From Alphaproteobacteria bacterium (lineage in GTDB: Bacteria; Pseudomonadota; Alphaproteobacteria; UBA828): a stretch of DNA of 64,000 nt. This document shows positions 32,165-44,820 of this stretch, piece by piece. The stretch's first letter is position 1; each line of letters starts with the position of its first letter. The notes beneath the pieces were generated by a model. That model was given only the letters and a program-made list of their open reading frames with translations. It did not search any database and was not told where the DNA came from. The position numbers were made by a program, and so were the translations under genes. The stretch covers positions 128,001-192,000 of the forward strand of contig CBDCQT010000011.1 in the NCBI GenBank assembly GCA_965220745.1. Direction: 5' to 3'.

Positions 32165-33128
32165 GCGCGGCGGTGTTGCCGCCGCCGCGCTGACGCCACT
32201 CTCCTGGCTCTATCGCCTCGGCGCACGGAGCCACGCTGCCTTGGCTCGGCCGTCGAGGGCGGAGCGTCCGGTAATTTGTGTCGGCAACTTCACAGTGGGC
32301 GGTGCGGGCAAGACCCCCACCGTACTCGCCCTCGCCGCGCTGTTGGCGGAGGAAGGCGTCCGCCCGCACATCCTCACGCGCGGCTATGGCGGCGGTGAGC
32401 GTGGCCCGCTCAGGGTCGATCCCGCCCGCCACGGCGCAGATGCGGTCGGTGACGAGGCGTTGTTGCTGGCGCGCGCGGCGCCGACCTGGCTTTGCCGCGA
32501 CCGGCCGGCGGGAGCCGCCGCTGCGGCGTCCGCAGGTGCGGATTTGTTGCTCATGGACGACGGTATGCAGACGCCGAGCTTGGCGAAGGACTTTTGCATC
32601 GCGGTCGTAGATGGCGGCGCCGGCTTCGGTAATGGCCGCCTGTTGCCTGCCGGGCCGCTGCGCGAGCCGCTCGCCTGCGGGCTCAGCCGGGCGCACGCGC
32701 TGGTTCTGGTCGGTGCCGACCGAGAGGGCGCACTCGCGGCGCTCGGGCCGCACGACCTGCCCGTGATCGAGGCTTCGCTGGTGCCTGGCGAGGAGGTTCG
32801 GGCGCTTCGCGCGCGGCCGGTCGTCGCCTTCGCCGGGATCGGGCGGCCGGAGAAATTCTTCGAGACGCTGGCAGAAAGCGGCTGCAACGTAATCGCGCGC
32901 TATGCCTTCGCGGACCACCACCACTATAAGCTGAGAGAGATCGCGGCCATCGTCGACTACGCGAAAGAGCGGGACGCCGTGCCAGTCACGACCGGAAAGG
33001 ACCATGTGCGGCTGCCGCCGGACGCGAGAGCGGCGGTTCGCACGCTTTCCGTCACTCTCGCCTGGCGCGATCCGGCCGAACCGCGCTCCTTGCTGGCGCC
33101 GCTGGTGACGCGCTGCCGCCGTGGCTAA
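32136..33128 (+). CDS. lpxK: tetraacyldisaccharide 4'-kinase
   Basis: VGNFTVGGAGKTP, GDEALL, MDDGMQ, PAGPLRE, AGIGRPEKF. Confidence 0.95.
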   Translation: MRAPAFWAAERGGVAAAALTPLSWLYRLGARSHAALARPSRAERPVICVGNFTVGGAGKTPTVLALAALLAEEGVRPHILTRGYGGGERGPLRVDPARHGADAVGDEALLLARAAPTWLCRDRPAGAAAAASAGADLLLMDDGMQTPSLAKDFCIAVVDGGAGFGNGRLLPAGPLREPLACGLSRAHALVLVGADREGALAALGPHDLPVIEASLVPGEEVRALRARPVVAFAGIGRPEKFFETLAESGCNVIARYAFADHHHYKLREIAAIVDYAKERDAVPVTTGKDHVRLPPDARAAVRTLSVTLAWRDPAEPRSLLAPLVTRCRRG

Positions 33129-34011
33129 GCGGGGGCCGGCACGCGCAGCGCGGCACGTCTGCGAGGCCGCCGCCGCCCATGTCTTTTTCGGGCTGTTAGG
33201 TGCGCTGCCCGTGGGATGGGCATCAACTCTCGGTGCTGTTCTGGGCGGTTCCATCGGACACATGCTCCCGGTGCATCGGCAGGGCCTCGACAATCTCGCC
33301 CGCGCGTTGCCGGAGCTTTCGCCCGCCGAGGTGCGGCGTTGCGCCCGGCGCATGTGGCGTCATCTCGGCCGCGTCGCTGCGGAATACCCGCATCTCCACC
33401 GCTTCTCCGTCGACGCGCCCGGCGGGCGGGTCGAGCTCGTCGGGCGCGACCTCCTGGACGAGGCCAAGTGCTCCGCCACCGGCGGAATCTTCTTCTCGGG
33501 CCACATCGGCAATTGGGAGATCGCCGCGCTCACGCTGGAGCAGGCCGGAATCCCCGCAACCGTCGTCTACAGGGCGGCGAACAACCCGATCGTCGACCGC
33601 ATGATCTCGCGGTTCAGAGGTGCGGTCATGCAGCACCTCGTGCCCAAGGGCCACGACGCGACGCGGGAGCTGGTGCGCACGCTCGGCGCCGGTAAACACG
33701 TCGCGCTCCTGGTGGATCAGAAGCTCAACACCGGCATTCCGGTCCCCTTCTTCGGCCGCGATGCCATGACCGCGCCCGCTGTGGCGACATTCGCGCTGCG
33801 CTACGACTGCCCGATATGGCCGGTCAGGGTGGAACGGCTCGACGGCGCGTCCTTCCGTGTTACTGTGTATCCCAAGCTCGCCATGCCCGAGGAGGGCACG
33901 CGGGAGGAACGCACCCGCGCGATCATGGTGACCATCAACCAGGTTCTCGAAGACTGGATTCGCGATCGACCCGCACAATGGCTATGGCTGCACCGGCGCT
34001 GGCCGGACTGA
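33121..34011 (+). CDS. lipid A lauroyl/long-chain acyltransferase (HtrB/LpxL family)
   Basis: GHIGNWE, LVDQK, PFFG, PAQWLWLHRRW. Confidence 0.9.
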   Translation: MAKRGPARAARHVCEAAAAHVFFGLLGALPVGWASTLGAVLGGSIGHMLPVHRQGLDNLARALPELSPAEVRRCARRMWRHLGRVAAEYPHLHRFSVDAPGGRVELVGRDLLDEAKCSATGGIFFSGHIGNWEIAALTLEQAGIPATVVYRAANNPIVDRMISRFRGAVMQHLVPKGHDATRELVRTLGAGKHVALLVDQKLNTGIPVPFFGRDAMTAPAVATFALRYDCPIWPVRVERLDGASFRVTVYPKLAMPEEGTREERTRAIMVTINQVLEDWIRDRPAQWLWLHRRWPD

Positions 34012-34030
34012 GAGACGCTCCTACCGCCGA

Positions 34031-34058
34031 TTGACACCGGGGACGCCCGGCCTATAGT
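34031..34058 (+). promoter_or_regulatory. sigma70 promoter of rplU-rpmA
   Basis: TTGACA-16 nt-TATAGT about 50 nt upstream of rplU. Confidence 0.75.
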
Positions 34059-34106
34059 GCGCCCGCTGCGGGGAGCGCCCCGCTCCCCCCAACACGGATG
34101 GTTGTC

Positions 34107-34817
34107 ATGTTCGCTGTGGTTCGCTCTGGCGGGAAGCAATATCGCGTCGCGCCGGAGGACGTTATCCGGGTGGAACGGCTCAAGGCCGAGGCCGGTGAGG
34201 CGATCGAGCTCGGCGAGGTGCTGGCCATGAGCGACGGCGAGACCGTCTCGCTCGGACAGCCGCTGGTCGAGGGCGCGCGCGTGGCGGCGACGGTCGTCGA
34301 ACACACGCGCGGAGACAAGATCATCGTCTTCCGCAAGAAACGGCGGAAGAACCATCGGCGCAAGCGGGGGCACCGGCAGGAGCTCACGGTGCTCCGCATC
34401 GACGAGATTCTGGCGGCTGGCCAGAAGCGGAAGGCGCGCCGGAAGAAGAAGGCCACTCCGGCGGAAGGCGAAGAGGCAACCGGCGCCAAGACCAAGAAGT
34501 CGACGAGAGCAAAGGCCGCCGCCAAGCCGAGGACCCGGAAGAAGCCGGCCGCCAAGGCCGAGCCGGCCGAGGAGGCCGCGCCCGCACCCGCACCCGCCGA
34601 AGCGGCGACCCCGGAGCCGGCCGAGCCGCCGGTCGAGGAAGCCGCTGCGCCGCCAGCGGACGAGGTGGCTGAGCCTCCGGCAGACGAGACGGCCGATGCG
34701 GCAGCCGAGGCGCCGGAGGCCGAGGCGGCTGAATCCCCGGCAGATGAGACGACCGAAACGCCCGCCGAGGAGACTGCAGAGGCTCCTGCGGACGAGCCGG
34801 CAGAGGAGAAAAGCTGA
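34107..34817 (+). CDS. rplU: 50S ribosomal protein L21 with long C-terminal extension
   Basis: [14 protein letters not shown]...[14 protein letters not shown], followed by a Lys/Ala-rich and then a Glu/Pro/Ala-rich tail. Confidence 0.95.
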   Translation: MFAVVRSGGKQYRVAPEDVIRVERLKAEAGEAIELGEVLAMSDGETVSLGQPLVEGARVAATVVEHTRGDKIIVFRKKRRKNHRRKRGHRQELTVLRIDEILAAGQKRKARRKKKATPAEGEEATGAKTKKSTRAKAAAKPRTRKKPAAKAEPAEEAAPAPAPAEAATPEPAEPPVEEAAAPPADEVAEPPADETADAAAEAPEAEAAESPADETTETPAEETAEAPADEPAEEKS

Positions 34818-35074
34818 TGGCGCACAAGAAGGCAGGCGGCAGTTCGCGCAACGGCCGGGATACGGCGGGCCGACGCCTCGGCATCAAGAAGTTCGGCGGC
34901 GAGGCAGTGATCCCTGGCAATATCATCGCGCGCCAGCGGGGCACCAAGTGGCACCCCGGCGAGAACGTCGGGATCGGGCGCGACCACACGCTCTTTGCGC
35001 TGACCGGCGGCCATGTGCGGTTCGCGCGGCGGGGTGGCGGGAAGACGGTCGTCTCGGTCGAGCCGAGCGCGTAA
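34817..35074 (+). CDS. rpmA: 50S ribosomal protein L27
   Basis: [15 protein letters not shown]. Confidence 0.97.
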   Translation: MAHKKAGGSSRNGRDTAGRRLGIKKFGGEAVIPGNIIARQRGTKWHPGENVGIGRDHTLFALTGGHVRFARRGGGKTVVSVEPSA

Positions 35075-37265
<2,191 letters not shown>

Positions 37266-37269
<4 letters not shown>

Positions 37270-38558
37270 GCATGGCCGAGGCGGCGCAGAGCCGCGAGAC
37301 CGAACAGGATATCGCCGCCGAGATGGCGGCCCTCGGGGCGGAGGCGCGCGCGGCGGCGCAGGCGCTGGCGGCAAGCTCGGCCGAGGCGAGACGCCGTGCG
37401 CTCAAGGCCGCGGCCGCGGCGATCCGGCGCGATGAAGCGGCGATCCTGGAGGCGAACGCCAGGGACATGGCAGCCACGAAGACGTCCGGCCTGAGCGGCG
37501 CCCTGCTCGACCGCCTCGCCCTCGACCGCGGCCGGGTCGAGGCGATGGCCGCAGGAGTCGAGCAGGTGGCCGCTCTCGACGACCCGCTCGGCCGCCTTCT
37601 GGGCGAGTGGGAGCGGCCCAACGGGCTTCGCATCCGCCGGGTTTCGGTGCCGATCGGCGTCATCGGGATCATCTACGAATCGCGGCCCAACGTGACCGCC
37701 GACGCCGGCGCGCTCTGTCTGATGGCGGGGAACGCGGCGATCCTGCGCGGCGGCTCCGAGAGCTGGCACTCATCGCGCGCCATCGCGGCGTCGCTGCGCG
37801 CGGCCCTTGCCGAGACCGGGTTGCCGGCGGGCTGCATCCAGCTTGTGCCGACGACCGACCGGGCCGCGGTCGGTATCCTGCTCCGCATGGACGACGCGCT
37901 CGACCTGATCGTGCCACGCGGCGGCCGCTCGCTGATCGAGCGGGTGCTGGCGGAGAGCCGGGTGCCGGTGATGGCGCACCTGGACGGCAACTGCCACGTC
38001 TACGTGCATGCCGCCGCCGACCCCGAGAAGGCGCGCGACGTCACCTTCAACGCCAAGATGCGGCGGACCGGCATCTGCGGTGCGGCGGAGACCCTGCTGG
38101 TCGACGCAGCCGCTGCAGACACGCTGCCCGCGATCCTGGAGCCCCTGTTCGAGGCGGGCTGCGAGGTGCGGGGCGATGCGCGCGTGCAAGCGCTGGATAC
38201 GCGGGTGGTGCCGGTCGACGACGCCGATTGGGGAACCGAGTACCTCGACGCGATCATCTCGGTCGGGGTGGTGGACGGGCTCGACGCGGCGATCGCCCAC
38301 GTCAACGAGCACGGCTCGCACCACACCGACAGCATCATCACCGAGGACGCAGGCGCCGCCGAGCGCTTCATGGAGGCAGTCGATAGCGGGATCGTGCTGC
38401 ACAACGCCTCGACCCAGTTTGCCGACGGCGGCGAGTTCGGCATGGGGGCCGAGATCGGCATCTCCACCGGCAAGCTGCATGCGCGCGGGCCGGTGGGTGT
38501 CGAGCAACTCACCACCTACAAGTACAAGGTCTACGGCGACGGGCAGGTTCGCCCCTGA
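37266..38558 (+). CDS. proA: glutamate-5-semialdehyde dehydrogenase
   Basis: [45 protein letters not shown]. Confidence 0.96.
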
Positions 38559-38566
38559 CCGCGCTC

Positions 38567-39208
38567 GTGCCCATGCGCCGGCGGCGGTCGCGGCCCGTGC
38601 CGGGCGGCGCTCCGCGCGTACGGCCGCCGGGCCGCAAGGTCGGCCTGCTCGGCGGCTCCTTCAATCCGGCCCATGAGGGCCATCGCCACATCAGCCTGCT
38701 GGCGCTCAAGCGCCTGGGCCTGCACGAGGTCTGGTGGCTGGTCTCGCCGCAGAACCCGCTCAAGCCCCGCGCCGGGATGGCCGCGTTCGACGAACGCCTC
38801 GCCAGCGCGCGGGCCGCGGCGGGCGACCGGCGGCTCCGCGCGAGCGATATCGAGCGCCGCCTCGGCTGCTGCTATTCGGTCGATACGATCGCCCGCCTCA
38901 AGCGGTGCTTCCCGCGGCACAGGCTGGTCTGGATCGTCGGCGCCGACAACCTGCCGACGCTCGCAGAGTGGCGGCGCTGGCCCGCGCTCTTCCGGGCACT
39001 ACCCGTTGCGGTCATCGACCGCTGGCCTTACTCTCGCTATGCCAGTGTGGTTAAGCCTGCGAAACGATTCGCACGCCAAAGAATGGCGGAACGCCGAGCG
39101 ACAGGGCTCGTGCGGAGCAAGCCGCCCGCCTGGATGGTCATCCATGGACCGTTGCATCCCGCCTCGGCGACAGCGTTGCGCGCCATGAGCGGTGCTGCGG
39201 GCCCATAA
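38567..39208 (+). CDS. nadD: nicotinate-nucleotide adenylyltransferase
   Basis: GGSFNPAHEGH, WWLVSPQNPLK, GADN. Confidence 0.92.
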   Translation: MPMRRRRSRPVPGGAPRVRPPGRKVGLLGGSFNPAHEGHRHISLLALKRLGLHEVWWLVSPQNPLKPRAGMAAFDERLASARAAAGDRRLRASDIERRLGCCYSVDTIARLKRCFPRHRLVWIVGADNLPTLAEWRRWPALFRALPVAVIDRWPYSRYASVVKPAKRFARQRMAERRATGLVRSKPPAWMVIHGPLHPASATALRAMSGAAGP

Positions 39209-39228
39209 GGGGAGGCTGGAGGAACACC

Positions 39229-39645
39229 ATAACGGTACCTGAACGACCTGTTAGGTCCACACGCCGGGAGTCGGGCAAGGCCGACTCCGCAGTGCTTCAC
39301 CGGGCCGTCGCCGGCGCTCTTGCAGACGCCAAGGCGGAGGACATCGTCACCATAGACCTCGACGGCAAGACCACGATCGCCGATTTCATGGTCATTGCCA
39401 GCGGACGGTCGAAACGCCACGTCAACGCAGTGGCGGAACGACTCCTGAAGCAGCTCAAGGACGGCGGCACGCCGGCGCTCGCAGCGGAGGGGCGCGAGAA
39501 CTCGGACTGGGTGCTCATCGATGCCGGCGACATCATCGTGCACGTCTTCCGACCCGAGATCCGCGCCCTCTACAACCTGGAGAAGATGTGGTCCGTCGAG
39601 GCCATCGGCGCGGCAGAAGAGCAGGCGCTTGCCGGTGAGGATTAG
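39229..39645 (+). CDS. rsfS: ribosome silencing factor (probable ATA start at 39229; first canonical start is GTG 39292)
   Basis: KAEDIV, IASGRS.RHV, WVLIDAGDIIVHVF...YNLEKMW; synteny nadD-rsfS-rlmH. Confidence 0.92.
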   Translation: MTVPERPVRSTRRESGKADSAVLHRAVAGALADAKAEDIVTIDLDGKTTIADFMVIASGRSKRHVNAVAERLLKQLKDGGTPALAAEGRENSDWVLIDAGDIIVHVFRPEIRALYNLEKMWSVEAIGAAEEQALAGED

Positions 39646-39696
39646 CGGCGCGGCCCGGCCCGCCGCCTAGCAGGAAGAGAGGACGTCCCGCAGCCG

Positions 39697-40149
39697 ATGC
39701 GCCTTGTCGTGGTGGCAGTCGGCCGTGGCCGGAACGACCCGGCCCAGCGAATCTTCGAGGACTACAGCAAGCGCCTGCCTTGGCCCTTGGAGCTGCGCGA
39801 GGTCCGGGCCGGCGGCGGCGGTGAGGTGGGGCGCGAACGCGAGGCTGCGGGGCTGCTTAAGGGACTGCCAGCAGATGCCTATGTGGTCGCTCTGGATGGC
39901 GGCGGAAAGGCGCTCACCAGCGAGGAATTCGCGGCGAGGCTGGCTTCCGTCCGCGACGACGGCACGGCCGTCGTGGCGTTCCTGATCGGCGGGGCCGACG
40001 GGCACGGGGAGGCCGTTCTCGCCCGCGCAGATATGGTGCTCTCGCTGGGGCCGATGACCTGGCCGCACCTCTTGGTGCGCGCGATGCTGGCCGAACAATT
40101 GTGGCGGGCGGCGAGCATCCTTTCGGGCCACCCTTACCACCGCGGTTGA
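39697..40149 (+). CDS. rlmH: 23S rRNA pseudouridine1915 N3-methyltransferase
   Basis: FLIGGADG, MTWPH, EQLWRA...HPYHR. Confidence 0.95.
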   Translation: MRLVVVAVGRGRNDPAQRIFEDYSKRLPWPLELREVRAGGGGEVGREREAAGLLKGLPADAYVVALDGGGKALTSEEFAARLASVRDDGTAVVAFLIGGADGHGEAVLARADMVLSLGPMTWPHLLVRAMLAEQLWRAASILSGHPYHRG

Positions 40150-40165
40150 ACCGCGGCGCGGCCAC

Positions 40166-41038
40166 TCAGCGCGTCGGGACCGGTGTGCCTGTGGAGTAGT
40201 CGTAGAAGCCCTTGCCGGTCTTGCGACCGAGCCAGCCGGCCTCGACGTACTTGGCGAGCAGCGGGCAGGGCCGGTACTTGCTGTCGGCGAGGCCCTCGTA
40301 GAGCACCTGCATGATCGAGTGGCAGGTGTCGAGACCGATGAAATCGGCGAGCTCCAGCGGCCCCATGCGGTGATGGGCGCCGAGCTTCATCGCCGTGTCG
40401 ATGGCCTTCACCGTACCGACGCCTTCGTAGAGCGCGTAGATCGCCTCGTTGACCATCGGCATCAGGATGCGGTTCACGATGAAGGCGGGAAAATCCTCGG
40501 CCATGGCCGGGATCTTGCCCATGCGCTCAGTCACCGTGCGCGCGGTCTCGTAGGTCTCCTCTTCAGTCGCGATACCGCGCACCAGCTCTACCAGCTCCAT
40601 CATCGGCACCGGGTTCATGAAGTGCATGCCCATGAACTTGCCGGGCCGGTCGGTGCTCGCCGCAAGGCGGGTGACGGGCAACGACGAGCTGTTGGTGCAG
40701 ATGATGGTGTGCTCCGGCAGCGTGCCGCGCAGCGCGGCGAAGACCTCCTTCTTGACCGCCTCGTCCTCGATGACCGCCTCGATCACCATGTCGACGTCCT
40801 TGATGGCGTCGAGGCCGACGGCAGTCGCGATGCGGTCCAGCGCCGCCGCCGGCTGGTCGTCGGCGATCAAACCCTTGCGCGCCTGGCGGCCGAGGTTGGT
40901 GCGGATCGTCTCCAGCGAGGTATCGAGTTCGGCCTGCCCGAGGTCGATCAGCGTCACGTCGTAGCCCGCGAGCGCAGCGACATGGGCGATGCCGCTGCCC
41001 ATGCGGCCCGCTCCGATGATTCCGATCGATTGCACCAT
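40166..41038 (-). CDS. 3-hydroxybutyryl-CoA dehydrogenase
   Basis: [39 protein letters not shown]. Confidence 0.93.
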   Translation of the reverse strand: MVQSIGIIGAGRMGSGIAHVAALAGYDVTLIDLGQAELDTSLETIRTNLGRQARKGLIADDQPAAALDRIATAVGLDAIKDVDMVIEAVIEDEAVKKEVFAALRGTLPEHTIICTNSSSLPVTRLAASTDRPGKFMGMHFMNPVPMMELVELVRGIATEEETYETARTVTERMGKIPAMAEDFPAFIVNRILMPMVNEAIYALYEGVGTVKAIDTAMKLGAHHRMGPLELADFIGLDTCHSIMQVLYEGLADSKYRPCPLLAKYVEAGWLGRKTGKGFYDYSTGTPVPTR

Positions 41039-41047
41039 GGCTGCGGA

Positions 41048-42001
41048 TCAGGCCTTGGAGATGCCCTGGCGGTCGAGCTCTTCGGCGAGCTCCGGGAGGG
41101 CCTTGAACAGGTCGGCCACGAGACCGAAGTCGGCGATCTGGAAGATCGGCGCTTCCTCGTCCTTGTTGATGGCGCAGATCACGCGGCTGTCCTTCATCCC
41201 GGCGAGATGCTGGATCGCGCCGGAGATGCCGACCGCGAGATAGAGATCGGGCGCCACCACCTTGCCGGTCTGCCCGACCTGGAAGTCGTTGGGCACGTAG
41301 CCCGCGTCGACCGCTGCGCGCGAAGCGCCGACGGCGGCGCCCAGCCGGTCCGCCACCGCCTCGATCAGCGGGAAGTTCTCGCCGCTCTGCATGCCGCGCC
41401 CGCCCGAGATCACGATGCCGGCGCTGGTGAGCTCCGGCCGGTCGGACTTGCTGAGCTCGTGTTTGACGAAGCGGACCAGGCCCTGGTCGCCGGCGCCGGA
41501 GACCGCTTCGATCGCGGCGTTGCCGCCCTCGGCGGGTGCCGCATCGAACGCCGTGGTGCGCACCGTCACCACCTTCGTGGCGTCGCCGCTCTCCACCGTC
41601 GCGAGCGCGTTGCCGGCGTAGGTCGGGCGCACGAAGACACTGTCCGAAGCGATTCCGATGATGTCGGAGACTTGGGCCACGTCGAGCAGGGCCGCGACCC
41701 GCGGCATGACGTTCTTGCCGAAGGTGGTGGCCGACGCAATCAGATGGCTGTAGCCCTCGGCAAGGCCGACCAGCAGCGGCGCCAGGTTCTCGGCGATACC
41801 GTGCTCGTAGGCTGGATCGTCTGCGTGCAGCACCTTACCGACACCGGCGACCTGAGCGGCAGCCTCGGCCACCGGCCCGGCGCCGGAGCCCGCAACCAGC
41901 ACGTGAACCTCGCCGCCCAGCGCCTGCGCGGCGGTGACCGCGTTGAGAGTCGGCCGCTTCAGCTCGGCGTTGTCGTGCTCTGCAATGACGAGGGTACTCA
42001 T
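41048..42001 (-). CDS. etfA: electron transfer flavoprotein alpha subunit
   Basis: [30 protein letters not shown]. Confidence 0.96.
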   Translation of the reverse strand: MSTLVIAEHDNAELKRPTLNAVTAAQALGGEVHVLVAGSGAGPVAEAAAQVAGVGKVLHADDPAYEHGIAENLAPLLVGLAEGYSHLIASATTFGKNVMPRVAALLDVAQVSDIIGIASDSVFVRPTYAGNALATVESGDATKVVTVRTTAFDAAPAEGGNAAIEAVSGAGDQGLVRFVKHELSKSDRPELTSAGIVISGGRGMQSGENFPLIEAVADRLGAAVGASRAAVDAGYVPNDFQVGQTGKVVAPDLYLAVGISGAIQHLAGMKDSRVICAINKDEEAPIFQIADFGLVADLFKALPELAEELDRQGISKA

Positions 42002-42750
42002 CCGATCACCTTAGCGTCGTCGCGCAGCTTCGCGACGAGCTCTGCGACGTCCGCCACCTTGATTCCCGCCTCGCGCTTGGGCGGCTCCTCCACCTTGTGG
42101 ATCGCGAGCCTGGGGCTGATATCCACGCCGAGCGCGTCCGCCTCCCGCCGATCGATGGGCTTCTTCTTGGCCTTCATGATGTTGGGGAGAGAGGCATAGC
42201 GCGGCTCGTTGAGCCTGAGATCGGTGGTGACCACCGCCGGCAGGTTGACGTTGAGGGTCTCGAGCCCGCCGTCGATCTCGCGAGTCACGTCCGCCGTCCC
42301 GTCCTTGAACACGATCTCGGAGGCGAAGGTCGCCTGCGGCCAGCCGAGCAGCGCCGCCAGCATCTGGCCGGTCTGGTTGCTGTCGTCGTCGATGGCCTGC
42401 TTGCCCATGATGACGAGGCCCGGCTTCTCCTCGTCTGCGATCACCTTCAGTAGGCGCGCCACGGCCAGCGGCTGCAGTTCCGCCTCGATCACGACGTGGA
42501 CGGCGCGGTCGGCACCCATGGCGAGCGCCGTACGCAGCGTCTCCTGCGCCTTGTCGGCACCGGCGGAGACCGCGACCACCTCATCGGCGTGACCGGCCTC
42601 CTTCATGCGCACGGCTTCTTCGACGGCGATCTCGCAGAACGGGTTCATCGCCATCTTCACGTTCGCGGTCTCGACCCCGGTCTGATCGGACTTCACCCGC
42701 ACCTTCACATTGGGGTCGATCGTGCGCTTGACCGCGACCAGAACCTTCAT
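41998..42750 (-). CDS. etfB: electron transfer flavoprotein beta subunit
   Basis: [35 protein letters not shown]. Confidence 0.96.
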   Translation of the reverse strand: MKVLVAVKRTIDPNVKVRVKSDQTGVETANVKMAMNPFCEIAVEEAVRMKEAGHADEVVAVSAGADKAQETLRTALAMGADRAVHVVIEAELQPLAVARLLKVIADEEKPGLVIMGKQAIDDDSNQTGQMLAALLGWPQATFASEIVFKDGTADVTREIDGGLETLNVNLPAVVTTDLRLNEPRYASLPNIMKAKKKPIDRREADALGVDISPRLAIHKVEEPPKREAGIKVADVAELVAKLRDDAKVIG

Positions 42751-42977
42751 GGGCGTCCCTGCTGGGCAACAAGACGAGCCGATTGTTGCGCCACGGCGGC
42801 TGCCCCGCCGCGCGCGGCCGCACACTAGCCCGGTTTTCTCTGCAATGTCACGGCCTGCATCGCCATTAGGCGCCGGTTCCCGCCGCCCCGCTGGACGCTG
42901 CCCGAGGCTCCGCGTAGAAATGGCTCAATTCCGCCGCCTGCGTCGGAGCGCGCGGGCATCGAAGAGGGGAGGCAACG

Positions 42978-43919
42978 CTGTCAATCGCAGTCGGCCTCGG
43001 GCTTAATGCGTTCCCGTTCTCGGGTGCGGCCGCCTTCTGGCGCTGGGTCGACCTCTGCGAAGAGGGCGGAGTCGATTCGCTGTGGCAGACCGACCGCCTC
43101 GTCTCCGACGAGCCCTTCCTCGAGGTGATGAGCGTGATGGCGGCGCTCGCCGGGCGGACCGAGCGGATCAAGTTCGGTATGAATGTCGCCTCGGTCGGGC
43201 TGCGCGACCCGCTGCTGCTCGCCAAGCAGTGCGCCACCATCGACGTGCTGAGCGAGGGGCGCCTGCTGCCGGCCTTCGGCATCGGCGCGATCCGCGCGCC
43301 TGACTGGGCCGCCACCGGCACGGACACCAAGGGCCGCGGCCGGCGCACCGACGAGGGGCTGGAGCTGATCGCCCGACTCTGGACCGAGGATTCGGTCGAC
43401 TTCGACGGCGAGTTCTATCGGTATTCGGGCGCGAGGATCGAGCCCAAGCCGGTGCAGAAAAACCTGCCGCTTTGGCTCGGCGGGTCGAGCAAGCCGGCGA
43501 TCCGGCGCACGGCGCGTATCGGCACCGGCTGGCTGGCCGGGCTGGAGACGCCGGAGCAGGTGGCTCCCGCCATCGCCGGGATCAAGGTGGCGCTCGCCGA
43601 GACCGGGCGGCGCATCGATGCCGACCATTACGGCGCAAGCTTCCACGTCCGCTTCGGCGGCTGGGACGAGCCCCTGATGCAGCGGGTTGCCGAGACCTAC
43701 AGAGTGCGCTTCCAGCGCGATCCCGAGGGCGGCATCGTCGCCGGCGATGCTGCCGACATCATGCAGCGGATCGAGAAGTTCGTCGCGGCCGGCGTGTCGA
43801 AGTTCGTGCTGTGGCCGCTCGGTGGCGATGACGACGATATCCTCGACCAGACGCGCCGCCTGATCGAGGAGGTGCAGCCGGCGGTCGAGGCCCTGAACCA
43901 CCGGGTCGACGCCGCATGA
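42978..43919 (+). CDS. LLM-class flavin-dependent oxidoreductase (probable CTG start)
   Basis: ATIDVLSEGRL, PKPVQ..LPLWLGG.S..A..R.AR.G.GW; frame open upstream of 43125 with an LLM-like N-terminus behind a GGAGG SD. Confidence 0.85.
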   Translation: MSIAVGLGLNAFPFSGAAAFWRWVDLCEEGGVDSLWQTDRLVSDEPFLEVMSVMAALAGRTERIKFGMNVASVGLRDPLLLAKQCATIDVLSEGRLLPAFGIGAIRAPDWAATGTDTKGRGRRTDEGLELIARLWTEDSVDFDGEFYRYSGARIEPKPVQKNLPLWLGGSSKPAIRRTARIGTGWLAGLETPEQVAPAIAGIKVALAETGRRIDADHYGASFHVRFGGWDEPLMQRVAETYRVRFQRDPEGGIVAGDAADIMQRIEKFVAAGVSKFVLWPLGGDDDDILDQTRRLIEEVQPAVEALNHRVDAA

Positions 43920-43926
43920 CGCCTGC

Positions 43927-44721
43927 ATGACACCGCTTGTCATCGACCAGGCGGTGGCGCTCTACGTCGCCGCGCGGCATCGTCGGCAGCGGATCGCCGT
44001 GCTGCCCGAGGACTGCCGGCCGGCCACGCTCGACGAGGCCTATGCGGTGCAGGCCGTGCTCAACGACCGACTGGGCGAGACCCACGGTGCCGTTTGTGGC
44101 CGCAAGATCGGCTGCACCACGCCGGTGATGCAGCGCTATCTGGAGATCGCGCATCCCTGCGCCGGTGCCCTCTACGAGCGCCGGACCCTGAGCGCGCCCG
44201 CGACGGTGAAGTATGCCGACCACTGGCGGCCGGGCGTGGAGTGCGAGATCGCGGTGCGGCTCGGGCAAGCGCTGCCGGCGGAGGACGCACCCTTCGACCG
44301 CGAGACCGTCGCCTCCGCGGTCGGGGCCTGCATGGCGGCCATCGAGATCGTGGACGACCGCTACGACGATTTTCGGGCCCTCGACACGCCGACGCTCATC
44401 GTCGACGACTTCTTCAGCGCCGGCGCCGTGCTCGGCCCACCCGTCGTCGACTGGCGCAGGATCGACCTTGCGGCGGCGGGAGGCACCATGACGATCAACG
44501 GCGCATCCGTGGGCGCCGGCACCGGGGCCGACGTGATGGGCCATCCCTTCGAGGCGCTGACCTGGCTCGCGAACCACGAAGCCGCAAGCGGGCGGCCGCT
44601 CCAGGCCGGCGATGTGGTGCTGACCGGCAGCGTGGTCGAGACCAAGTGGGTCGAGCCCGGCGATACGGTCCGCGTCGAAATCGAGGGCCTGGGCGAGGCC
44701 AGCGTCACGTTTGCGCGATAA
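43927..44721 (+). CDS. 2-keto-4-pentenoate hydratase / FAH family protein
   Basis: AYAVQ, GRKIGCT, VECEIA, IEIVDDR, MGHP, GDVVLTGS. Confidence 0.88.
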   Translation: MTPLVIDQAVALYVAARHRRQRIAVLPEDCRPATLDEAYAVQAVLNDRLGETHGAVCGRKIGCTTPVMQRYLEIAHPCAGALYERRTLSAPATVKYADHWRPGVECEIAVRLGQALPAEDAPFDRETVASAVGACMAAIEIVDDRYDDFRALDTPTLIVDDFFSAGAVLGPPVVDWRRIDLAAAGGTMTINGASVGAGTGADVMGHPFEALTWLANHEAASGRPLQAGDVVLTGSVVETKWVEPGDTVRVEIEGLGEASVTFAR

Positions 44722-44820
44722 GGACCGGTGGCGCGTTGACAGGGGCGCCATGAAGGGCCTGAATCGGCCCACCGCCACCACGGCCCGCTGGACGAGGCCG
44801 GGCAAGAGAGGACGAATCCC

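Noticed and set aside
34560-34810. Repetitive DNA as CRISPR array or VNTR
   Set aside because: Degenerate in-frame coding repeats in the rplU tail; no identical repeat-spacer structure or cas genes
40319-42199. Very long antisense or alternate-frame ORFs (e.g. 1453-3300, 16719-18224, 28267-29946, 34052-35722, 40319-42199, 58033-59868)
   Set aside because: Shadow ORFs opposite well-supported genes; expected from stop-codon scarcity in high-GC DNA; no family motifs
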